A program made the position numbers and the translations under genes. Positions 26,842-38,780 of a stretch of DNA of 64,000 nucleotides are shown here, one piece after another; the first letter of the stretch is position 1, and each line of letters starts with the position of its first letter. This DNA is from Glaucostegus cemiculus (Eukaryota), in NCBI GenBank assembly GCA_976551045.1, contig CDPCPM010000060.1:15438001-15502000 (forward strand). The letters are read 5' to 3'. The notes below the pieces were generated by a model that saw only the letters and a list, made by a program, of their open reading frames with translations, did no database searches and was not told the origin of the DNA.

Positions 26842-27140
26842 CTAAAGACAGCCCACTGGGAGAGTCAGAGTTGCCCCAGAGCTCAGACCCTGCAGTGATG
26901 GAGAGCCCCTACCTCAGCGTAAAAGAGGCACCAATGAAAGGAGCCAACAACGAGCTGCCCAGTGCCATGGAGAAAGGCGACAACGACAGCAACAAGGGCA
27001 AGAAACGTAGGAACAGAACCACCTTCACCAGTTACCAGCTGGAGGAACTGGAAAAGGTTTTCCAAAAGACTCATTACCCCGATGTTTATGCCAGGGAACA
27101 GCTCGCACTGAGAACTGACTTGACAGAAGCCCGAGTGCAG
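26842..27140 (+). CDS. ALX4: ALX4 coding exon 2 (homeodomain N-terminal part)
   Basis: Acceptor tttttgttcag|CT. Peptide (A)[12 protein letters not shown]...[50 protein letters not shown]. Donor gtaaag at 27141. Confidence 0.97.
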
Positions 27141-30100
27141 GTAAAGAGTGAGCGACGATAAAAACAAATGGGGGAATGGGGGCTAGCGTTTAGCAATAAT
27201 GCAAGCAACACTATCCTAGTGATTTGAGGGTTATCAGTAACACACAAAAAAAACATATCAAAGAACAAACCTTATGAGAACTTCAAATTCCATTTATTTA
27301 CTCAGAGTCTCAGAGGAAACACTGTAGCTTCCTATTAAACCGTCCTCCACATCAGATGGGATAAATTGCCCGCAGTTACTCCCAGCGATTCGTGCTCCGA
27401 TTAGGGGTTAATGTTCAAACGGTTCAAACAATTTTCTAAACGATTTTAAATTGTTCATTGCGCAGAATCCATGAAGTAACATCCAGCACATTGCTTAAGG
27501 ATCAACAGCAGTACATTATGGGAAACGGACTGTACGTATTTATTGCAGTATTTTCCTATTGCTATTGAGGGAATGCCACTCTCTGCACATTTTTCAGCTA
27601 AAATAAAACGGAAACAGGCGTTGAGATTTAAGGAAGGTTCCGTGTGGCCAGTTTTTATCAGGTTCTTCAACGTCTCCGAAACAGTCTCTCTAACTGAATT
27701 TCGTCAGTTTTACAGACTTACCACTAAGTTTCAATAGATCCTCGCGGAAGCTTTCTGTTCAAAATAAAAGCCTGCCGCAAGCAATATAGGGTATGCATTT
27801 ATAACAGTAACCCGAGAAGCACTTCAAGGAGCATTTTTTAAAAAAATATTCCAATGTTGTATTTGAGTTATTGCAATGTGCTTCACGCGTAGAAAGGACC
27901 CAAGAAGATTAGTCTGCACTGTAACAATGGAGTAACTTATGCGAACTGTGTAAAGTTGAGCGCCAATGTTTTCACATTCGCGGGAAGTCAATGATAAAGG
28001 CGATTTATATATATGAATGTAAATGTAAATGTTTAGCGGGATTACAAGCTCCTTGGGTCACATTGTATTGGGCTGGGAAAGGATCTAAATTGAATCTGAC
28101 AGCAGATGGACCCGCTCCTGGTGCGGGACCGAGATTTCTCGGCACTGCAGACAGTATAAGTAGAGTTACGACATTTCAAACCAATCGAAGGATAGCAAGG
28201 GAGGGGGAGGGATTTTCCGCAGAAACTCGGGGCACTTCGCATTTATGTGAATCTTAGCAACCATCATTAAGAATCTTCCCAATTATAATTTCACTTCATT
28301 CAGTCCCTGGAATATAAAAAAAGACAACGCTATATATACACTTGCGGGTCGCTGGATTTTTATTTAGAATTGTTATTGTCATTGCATTCGCTTTATGTTC
28401 GCTTCTCAATCTATGAAACTCGTCTCCAATTCTAGACGATATTCAATTTAGATAAAAATCCATCCACTCACACAAACTTTTTTTTTCACAATATGTGCGC
28501 CCTACAAAGTTTTAAGCTCATTTTCATTTAGTCCCATAAATGCTTTTGAAAACAAACAAGTCCCCTTTCCATAGACACCAGCTCGCCCAAACACTGGTAC
28601 ACTGTGCTGATCTGTTTGCGTAAGTTGTAATAATGAAACGGAGTGAAGGCCCATATATATAGAACTCCATCAAAACGCGGGAATTAAGGGAAGTCAAGGC
28701 AGGAAATTAAACATGCAATGAAAACATACTGCAGTTTAAGACTTTCCCATCAAGTGCTCGTGTTTCCGATCGTTTTAGAGATAAAAGGTATCTGCTTTCA
28801 GTCTTGTGTTTCATGGGTTCTCTTTCACAATTTCTAATCAAACCGAGAACGAGATCTCACTGGAACAGTTTCTTTTAACCTGTTGCCTTTTCAACGCATA
28901 AAAGAAAAAAAACACGTGTTGAGTCTCAAGCTTTGGATTTCTACCCGAATCTATTGGCACTGCGGGGCAATCACAATCCTAATCAAAGTCAAGGACTGTG
29001 TTGATTATCCACTGAAGCAGACATTCACTATGTAACTCTAATGCAACTCAAAAGTACTGCGCCTCAAATCATTCACTGAGATGCATTGTTTACTACTACA
29101 CCTTTAGTAGAATAGAATTGTCCTTTAATCGCTGCAAATCTTAAACGTGTATATTTTAAAGCTCGAGAAGTTTACGTTTCTTTCCCCCTGTTCTGATTTT
29201 CGAACGAGGAAGTTCATTGAAAGGCAATTAAGTTCGGGTTCTAAGTAACGTAGACATGAGCTAACGGAAAGGATAATGCTCAACATGGTATCAATTTGAA
29301 GGTATACAAGGTTTGCATACGTTGCTACTCTGCACTATTCCACGCATCCACATACAATGCTAGGGCCCAGTTTATAACTTGCTGCAGATCTTTACACCAA
29401 TCGTCCCCACCCCCCTCACCCCGAAAAAATTGCAACAGTTCACTTACTGGAGGTTGGGCTGTTCAGGGGGGAAAAAAGAGTAGAAACAGGTTTCTAGGTT
29501 TTAGTTTTCCACGCGATAAAATTGACAAGCAGGCCAAGACTATGATCAGCGGAGTCGACAGTGTTGATTACTGCACGTTCCAGATTCACCTAGTATGCAA
29601 CTCGATATTTATCAAGACAACGGTTGTTAGTAAGCAAACCTCGTTGACTTCCATTTGTCTTTATTCCTGTTGTAAATGAATTGTATCGCCATTCTAATGC
29701 GTGCGGTGATAGATTTGATTACCGGAGTTATCAGGCCATCTCCATCAAGCAGGCCCAAGATTAAGTGATTGTGAAAGTAAACGGCTATTGTAGCCATCTT
29801 GCAGTGAAAAGTTCTCGTCGGCGACTGACTTAATAGAGTTACTTCAAAGGCAACATCTTTCATGTTAAAGTGTGCGAGGCAAAGCAACTGAAGGAGTGAA
29901 CCTGTACCCGGTCCTGATGTGATAGCCCGCTGAAGTCAACCCTTCAATGGTATCCACTTACTTCTCAATCCTGAAGTGCATTGGGATGTTTTCTCCACCT
30001 TAAAGGCTTTTGATAATTACAAGTGGGTAAAAAAAAACCGTTAATTGATGTGACTTTTAACCTTTTACCAATTCTACTTGAAAATTGCAACCTTTCCAAA

Positions 30101-30475
30101 ATAACATCATTGGAAATTATTTAGCGCCTAACCAGATTTATTTTAAAACAAGATGACAATTTACTTTATTCATAATACACAATTTAAAAAAGTGGCGACC
30201 CTAACACTTGAAATATATTGAAATTGAAGCCATTTGTTACATATGCGGATTTAACTGTGGCAACGCTGGACAATTCGGTTAAGACATTAACCAATCTTTT
30301 TTGAAAGCAGATTTTCTGCTTGTCAAATTTAATGTGATGCAGAACAGTGCTTGTTTCAAAGTAAAGTTCCCCGATTTAAGCAAAGTATAGTTTAGGGATG
30401 GCGGTGCTTGCAATCTCCCGTCTGCGTGTATCCTGCAGGAAATGGAAATTACATCCCTTCTTCCATTGGCCTTAG

Positions 30476-30637
<162 letters not shown>

Positions 30638-31729
30638 TAATAGCGTGATAAATTCGAAGTATTCTGTATATACCCAGTGTCCAGTAACATCTGCATCAAC
30701 AATGTTCTGCCGTGGCACTGATGTGAATTAGGGTGAATGCCACTTAACTCCATTTAATAAATCACTTCAATTCTGTGAAGTGCTGAAATACTACCTTTTT
30801 ATCCCCCGGCTTTAATGTGTTTGATTCTGCACTGGCTTCAAAGTTAAATGATGTTGCATCTGGTACAATAACTATTGAATTTCCTCTTCAAGCAGCAGCA
30901 TGCCAGAATTCATCATTTGTACAGGATGGAATTTGCAAAACCAAACCTTCTTCAGAGTTGAAGGAAGCAAATTATTGTGAATGACAGAATTTAAGTTTTG
31001 CACTGGCTGACGCTATTTGTGCTAGGGAATGGCTACTACCAACCTGACAGCTTCAATGCTTCATTCACCAGATGTGGGATAAAATCAGATCTATTCTGCA
31101 CTAATAATCCCACCCCATATATTGTTTATTTCATACTTTACCAATTCAAAGTTCTAAACTACAAGTGCCTTATTCGTATTCTATTTTTGATGATGCCCAA
31201 AGTCTCCAATGTCTAGCATTTGAAGCAGGTGAATTTGCATCAAATTACAATTACCAAAAAAAAAGCAGTATACATTAAACTTCAATTTATCCATTCCCCC
31301 AGGTTTATCAAATGATGGAATTTCCCCAAAGAAAACATATGTCTCCCCACACTCTCATAACTGAGGCATTTTAAGCTGCTAGTTTGTTAGCTAATTGCAC
31401 ATCTAAATGCCTGGCTACCATGAGTAAAACAGCAGTGATTTTTTTAAGATTAGAAGAGAGTTTTAATAGTTTTTTGTTGTCTTAACAAAGGCTGTGGTTA
31501 TACTAATATAAAGCTGAAATAACATAGTCTAGATGTGCTCAGAAACAAAGTTGAATATGTAATGGAAGAAGTGAGGCTGAAGCTTCATTGTGTCATTATG
31601 CAAACTTTAATATGGTATCTAAAATTCCTTTCCAGTGTAATTGCTTGGATTAAGAGTACATACTGTACTCTGTTATTCAAACATACAGTTTTATGATGAC
31701 ATCATGATCACCTTTAAAATATGACCAAT

Positions 31730-32092
31730 GGTGTGGAAGGGTCTGGATTCAAGTCCTGCTCTTGAGGCCTCACACAAGTCTAGACTGATGGTTCAGTTAA
31801 TGGACCGCTGCCACATCAGAGATGCAATTTTTTTGGGAGAGACATTGAAACTCCATCTTCCTACTTACTTGGGCTAAAAGATTACACAATCCAACCATGA
31901 AGCAATGGAATTCTCCTGAATACTCTGGCAAACATTTATCCCTCATTATCACTTTGCTCTTTGTGGGAGCCTTTGCCCAAATTGGCTGTTGAATTTCCTG
32001 TACTGCAAAATCAACTGCACTTCCAAAGTACTGAATTGGCTGTAAACCTCATGGAGTGAAAGACATCATGTCCAAATCTTTAATTCTTTCTA
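31730..32092 (+). mobile_element. SacSINE1/AmnSINE1-like Deu-domain SINE, decayed but spanning head to tail
   Basis: B-box-like ggattcaagtcc, Deu-core-like ttctcctgaatactctggcaaacatttatccctca, ttgctctttgtgggag, and tail cacttccaaagtactgaattggctgtaaa. Confidence 0.65.
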
Positions 32093-32184
32093 TTTGAGTG
32101 GATTAGAGAAATTGCTTTCAAATCTTGGCAAAAAGCAGTATAAATCAACAGTCATACATTATTGCAGATTCAAAAAGCTTTTCG

Positions 32185-32330
32185 CAATACTTGCACCGAG
32201 GTACAGTGAAAAACTTGTCTTGCATACCGATCGTACAGGTCAATTCATTACATGGTGCAGTTACATTGAGTTAGTACAGAGGGCATTGATGTAGTACAGG
32301 TAAAAACAATGACAGTACAGAGTAAATCTT
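32185..32330 (-). mobile_element. Rex1-type LINE 3' tail fragment (antisense)
   Basis: acttgcaccgaggtacagtgaaaaacttgtcttgcataccgatcgtacaggtcaattcattac resembles an abundant batoid LINE tail. It keeps CpGs in an otherwise CpG-poor zone. Confidence 0.5.
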
Positions 32331-33169
32331 TACCCTGTACCCCCAATTTAGTGTGTTTGCAAAGGTGCTTATATTTCAAAACCACATAGAAAATGCAGCA
32401 TAGTATAAGTGGCATCAAATTGTAACCCACTTTCTGTTGAAAGCCTTGGTCATGAGGTGACAGATTAAGATTTCCCAAGGTGATTGGAGTAAAACGTTTT
32501 TTTGAAAGAATGCAATGTGGTGAAACATGAAAGTAGTTATAATTTTATGTTTGATGATTTCATATGGGACAATGACTGAGAAACCTAGGCAATGCAACTG
32601 CATATTAACTTTAATTCCCAACAATTAACATGCCTAAAATTTTAGAGTCATACATCTGTTTTGAATTAGAAAATATACTCACATGAGTATAGTTAGAATA
32701 GTTTTATTTGCACAAACAAACAAATAATAGCTATAAAAGATGGTCAATCAAGATAGACCTTGTAAATAATACATATAACTCCCAAGAAAATATTCTTTAG
32801 GAGTTTAAAGGAATGTTGCTAATTTATGAATCACCATCATAATTGGCAACAAATTAGCTGAGACAAATTTGCTTTAAATGACTTTTAATCATTTCATAAT
32901 AACATGAAAATATTTGTTTACACTTGTGACCAGTCCTGTTTCAATAGCGACTGTTATTGAAACAACAGTTTTTGAACCTTATTAGTCTCATACCCACAGG
33001 AATGGTGATCTAGAAGTGCCCTAGCAACAACATTGTCTTCCAAATGTTAGAAAATTAAATGTCAAGATTAAATGCACTGTAACCCTTTAAAATAAGATCA
33101 AAACTGTTTACAAAATCAATTATATGAACTCAAATACTCTTAAAGCCCTTTCTCAATCAGTAATAAAAA

Positions 33170-33380
33170 AAATCTGCAGATGCCAGAAATCAAAAACAAA
33201 GACAGAAAATGCTGGAAATATGCAGCAGGTCGGGCACATCTGTGGACTGAGAGAGAGAGAGGGAGTTAACATTTCAGATCAATGAAGAAATGTCTTGAAG
33301 CAATAAATATTGTTCCCTACTTAGATGCTGATCGACTTATTGTAGAATCCAACATTTTCCATCTTATTTTGTATTCCTAT
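33170..33380. mobile_element. Penelope terminal-repeat-derived fold-back unit
   Basis: ctgcagatgcc...acagaaaatgctggaaatatgcagcaggtcgggcacatctgtgga, followed by a decayed inverted counterpart agatgctgatcgact...ccaacattttcc. Confidence 0.55.
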
Positions 33381-36039
33381 ATGATTTCACCATTTTATTC
33401 AAGTATCAGGTTAGCCCAGACAGTAACTTCAGTTTCCAATTACACAATATTACAACGCAGAGCCAGTGTTTCACTGCACTAATGCTACTTTTACAGATAA
33501 ATTTATCAGATCTCCGTGGTGTCATGCTCAAGCAAAACTAAGATAACTGCTTTTGAAGAGTTTCACTTTTTTATGGAGTCTGACCATCAATAAAAATTAT
33601 ATTTGCTTCAAATGAATGTTCCAGTTCCAGTTTAACAGAAGCCTAAGTAAATCAGTCTAAGCTGACATTGCAACAAATTGGAGCAGGACTCTTTGATGGA
33701 ATCTTACTCTAGTTTTGTGCTCAAACTATTTGAACTAATGTTAGTCTCAAACTAATGCTAAATTAACAGAGTAAATGGACTTTTACATACAGTTTTACAT
33801 TTATTTGTGAACATATTCTTGTATTCCATTTGATACTGTAGTCAAGCAGTGCAAGATTTTCACTTGAGGAATCCCTTGGCTGCCCTATTCAGCTTAAATT
33901 GAGTTTACAATTTTGGTTCTAAATGAAACCATTTGTAATGCTAGTTTGGTTTAACTTTTTTGTGAACGTTGTAGGTAAAAATCTTTGATGCAGTTTCTGT
34001 TAAGTTCTTTTTTATGGAATTCAATGGTTCAAATCACAGGCTGTGCAATTACAGTTTTGTAAGAAGCCATCCACTGTATATAAAGCAATATATGTGGACT
34101 GGCTCTCCGATAATTTGGGGATCGTGTAGAAGTAGTCCGACTCTAAAGAAAAACTGAGAGAGGCTCCAGGGGAAGGAAATCTCAGCCAGTTTATCTTTTG
34201 ACACAATTTACAGATTTATCAGATGAAGTTAATTACAATTCACACCCCAATTAAAGGGTTCATTCAAAACAAAATCCAACCTAAGGTCATCAAAATATTT
34301 TGCTGATTAAATCTGCAATAGCGCACCATTAAGAAATGACATACTAGGTGACAACATTCCATTATGAAATTGCCTGTATTGATGCAAATTTGGTTTGAAG
34401 TTAATGTGTACTTTGTAGGTATAGATCAGGAAATTATAGGTATAATCCCTGTATTTTTCTTTCACTCCCATCTATAGCACATGATTTTGTGACAATCAAT
34501 TTGGAAGACTGCAGGTTATGTTCAAAATTTAATCCTTTATGGTCTGGTGAACTGGGCACCAACTGCAAAGACTTCATTTATTCTAATTTGAGAGCTGTGG
34601 TTCAGGTTTGAAGCAGCAGATGCAGGGCTAGATGGTCCCAGCCAGCGATCAAATTCACCTGATGCAGACACAGTCACATAAGGAAGGTAGTGTTTTCTAC
34701 AAGGGTATCAGTGTAAAGTAGGTGAAATTGACAAACCGAAGCAAAGGTTGGGGAATTTTAAATGTAAATTACATAGTGCTGGGTTAAGAATTTTCAATTT
34801 GTATTTTTGGCTTAATTTGTGCCATTTCTTCAATATTTAGCAAAATAGGGCATTTCTTATTATTTAAAAATGCAGTTAAGAAATAAATTGATTATCAACC
34901 CCTCTAAAGCGCAAGAAAATCAAAATAAATCATAACAATTACAGGTTAGTTCAGGATTTAACTGAATCATTTTCTTTCATGTACTGTAATTGCATGACAT
35001 TTTCCCCATTTCACTTCTGCTGTGCTTTTAATCTTTTTTGGTCTTTTTCACCACCATCAATGCCATTGATAATGGTATCCCACAAACAAATGGGATTGGC
35101 CACTATTCTACATGAGCTCTTTGAAGGTTATTGTATGGCATTCTTCCAACAAAAGCTACATAAAAATTCAGTATGGATAACATCAATTTCCAGCATAGAG
35201 TTTTAACAGATGAAAATAAAGGTTTGCTGGATGTTCCCCCCCCCCCCTGTTTTAATTGGTTAAAATCAAAATGTGAGCCCTAAAAACCATCAGGTCAAGG
35301 CTGGTCCTGTTGACAAAAAGAGCTGCACTTCCATTTCAATCAAGAAGGATGAGTTACTGTCAATACAACAGCTTCATTTTTTTTAAGAGATGCACTGACA
35401 GATCTAGCTAAATTTCATTCATTTTATCTCATTGTAGAATTGCAATAAATACCAGATGAAAAAAAATACTTGTGTTATTGGATAGCCAAGATATTAACAG
35501 CCTTAAATTAACCAAGGTAATTATTTTCCTACCTTGAGTTTGAGAATCTTAGATAGAGATTTCCCACATCAGTATCAATCATGAACTAATCAACTAAAAC
35601 AAGATTTAATGGTACACACTCCAGATTTTACTGTTATTCAAACTAGCCCTAAAATGTCACTATAGAAAGTAATACTTCTAAATATTTAATTTACATTTTG
35701 TTCAGACAGAATTGTTATCAAATATTTGGGAAATATGAGTAAATTAAATAGTGAAAAATACATTATTATTATAGTCAAATTTACCCGAAGTGAATAGTTA
35801 AAAAAAATTGCAGGAAGTTCATTCTAAAGAGGTACCTAGACTACATAATGCCATACATTAATTTTGTGTATGGTGAATTGCAACTTTTTTTAAAAAGATA
35901 TTTTTTTGAAGAATATTTCTCTAGCTCAATCTTAACACTGAATTGAGTTATCCAAAACTAAAGCACAATCCAAAAGACCAGTGAAGTAGATTTGTGAAGT
36001 GAGATCTAGACAATAGTGAACATGATTTCATATTTAAAG

Positions 36040-36325
36040 AGTGCTGCTTCTCAATTCCAGCAACTTGGGTTTAATCCTGATTTCCAGTGCTTTCTCTGTG
36101 GAGTTTGCATCCAATTTTCTTCCATATTCCAAAGATGTGCAAGTTGTTGGGTTGATTGAGCACTATAAAATGCTTCGAGTGTGCAGTGAGAATTAGAATC
36201 TGGGAGTGGTGGTATTGGTGGGAATGTAGGGAGAATAAAATGGGAATTGTGTGAATGGGTGCTTGCTGTTCAGTATGGACAGTGGGCAAAATGACCTTTT
36301 TGCTGTGTCACTTGACTCTATGACA
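36040..36325 (+). mobile_element. HE1/V-SINE, decayed, internally deleted
   Basis: gggtttaatcctga...ctgtggagtttgca...ccatattccaaagatgtgc, with a CR1-like tail ending gactctatgac. Confidence 0.65.
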
Positions 36326-36419
36326 CTTCAGGTATTACGATGAAACAGTAATATGAACACTCCATAAGTTTTAATAAACATTCCTCTAAACTTTTTTTTG
36401 CAAAAATCAAATTCAGTGT

Positions 36420-36466
36420 TCTTAGGATATTATCTTTCTTAAGATAAGGAAGGTAATATCCTAAGA
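36420..36466 (+). repeat. Near-perfect 22-bp hairpin with a 3-nt loop
   Basis: tcttaggatattatctttctta-aga-taaggaaggtaatatcctaaga: 20 Watson-Crick pairs plus 2 U.G pairs on the + strand. Confidence 0.85.
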
Positions 36467-38609
36467 TAAGAAATCTTCAGATTTCTCTTACTACAAAAAA
36501 TATCCCAATTTAAGCTTTTGATATCTAATCAACAGAAGAAAATTTTGCTAAGGAATGAGTTAGTGGTTTTGATGCCCAGTAGAAATATCCCTCACTTTAA
36601 CCAAATGCATTAGATGCCATCAAACCACAGTAATTAATCTTTTCCAAGATGTGTATTGATTTGATTGATAGTGGAGTCCCAGGGTCATCAGAGTCAGGGT
36701 AAAGAGCTTTTTTTGGTTAAGGCGGCAACTATTTTATCAAGTTAGTGGAACAGGTGGGCTGTCTGACATGCCCAGAGTGATAACACAGGCTATTTTAGAA
36801 GTGGCATCGACATTTGGATGCAGAATTTAAACAGCAAATCCCAATTAGATGCCTGAAGCTCAAGATTAGCAAATTTTGCAGCTATAAACAGAAGGATCCA
36901 AAGTGGGAAATACTGCCCACATTTTCAGATTAAGCAAGATTAAAATCACTTGAGTTGAATAAACACATGAAAATGGCCTTAATAGTAATGTTTATATAAA
37001 GCAGAGTTTGAGGAAAATGCAAGGAGTGTGTACAAAATGGACTAAATTGAGATTGGTTGCAAATATTATTAAAGTGCCAGCAGGAACTTTGTTTTTCCAG
37101 TGATATACACAAAATATCTTATTAATCTAACACATGACTGACACTTGTCCAGATGACTGGATGCTTATGTCTACAAAACATTTGTCTTATTCCTTTCATA
37201 AATTGCTTTAAAATAAAGTGCTTTAAATAGCTTTATGGTACAATTTGAGATGCCCATTGACCACCATTATTACCTCACTATAAATAAATTCATTGGCTTC
37301 ACATAACTCTAATCAGTGGTTTGACAATCTCTTTGAGATCATCATCTATTGTACAGAATGGGATCACTGCATTTAGTCATCATTGTATAAACAAGAGGAA
37401 GAGCAACTAAGTAAATTAACAAAACAAGCCCTTACTTTCTCTAAACCAAATTAATCCCTTGAAGGTAAAAGATTACAGCGAGAAAAAAAAGGCAAAATCG
37501 ACTGGGATCATGAGAAATGTAAAGAGCTTCTGATATTAGCACCAAACCCAAACCACATTACTTCTCAATTCCTTTACAGAGATGCCACTATGAAATACTA
37601 ATGATAAAGGTTTTTTTTTTGGTAAAATTAGTTTTATTACCTTTGCAAAATTAGTTTTAATCAACATTTTCAACAAAATAATTTTATTTACTTTGATGAT
37701 GATCCCATGACCAGTGGAGAGTATTCTAATAAATTAAAATAAGCTTGGGTCTTGCCACTGTAACAAGGTCAAAGCAAGTATTTGCCACTGTAACAATGAA
37801 ACTTGAGGATTTCTACATGTAGTTTAATACAGAAACCACTTATGTCATTGTTAGTAATTCAGTCCCCCTCGAAAGATTATGCTGTCTTGCATTCAAAGGA
37901 AATCTTTGGAACCAGCAAGAATATTAGGTACAATGAACTTACCTTGTTGTAAAATAGTTTGAAGATAATACATTTTTTGTTGGAAGTCTAATTGAATTAT
38001 TATTGGATGCTAATCCACAAATACTTCAAGCAATTCTATAGCCCTGAAACACTGGCTTTATCTATGAAATGTAGCTCTGATACATAATGGATTTAAGTAA
38101 AGACTACAATTTTACTCTTTAAAAAAATTAACTATTTAATTTTATTTGTTGTAATCTTTGAGTGTACCGTGTTTAGAATATTAGCTTAAACTCATGCCTT
38201 TTCCTTCATGGCTTGTGCTGAAAGAAAGTTCTTCAATGTGGTTGAGTGTTCAGCCAACTTGATATTACAGCTGCTGAACCAAGGATCATCGTCAATCAAC
38301 ACAGCAGCAGCAACCAATGTCAGGGAGGAAAATCCATGCCAACGAGATCAGTGGATCTTTCTGGGCAACTCTCATTTGGGCCAGATACAAGTGCAGTCAC
38401 TTCACTGACCTGTCATTATTTTACATTTTCCTCCAGCGCCTTTCTTTAAAAAGTAGGGGCACTTGTAACTGAGTGACATGGAAAGACCAATCACCTTAAC
38501 ACTGAGGCAAAGGTTGTATTTAAAAAAAAAGGAAGTTGGATATGAAGGTGCACAAAACAACAGAAATAAACAGGGACTAGGGATGAATGTGCAGAGTACT
38601 GATTTGAGA

Positions 38610-38780
38610 TACTATTTGTATTTCAGGTTTCCAGCATTCAGAGCATGTTGGAAATTCTCACAGGTGAAACAGTAGCTATGGAAAGAGAAAAACAGAGATA
38701 ATGTTTTTGGTTGATGACATTCAAATGACCAGCTCTGATGAAAGGTCATAATTGGAAACATTGGGCCTGTTCCTATGCCA
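38610..38780. mobile_element. Penelope terminal-repeat fragments in both orientations, with a hammerhead-like core
   Basis: ttggaaattctcacaggtgaaacagtagctatggaaagagaaaaacagag (reverse copy), then ctgatgaaaggtcataattggaaacatt (CTGATGA 38735-38741, GAAA 38755-38758). Confidence 0.55.

Noticed and set aside
30436-30475. Upstream cag as an alternative acceptor for ALX4 exon 3
   Set aside because: It would add 37 nt and frameshift the homeodomain; the 30476 acceptor restores RVQ|VWFQNRR.
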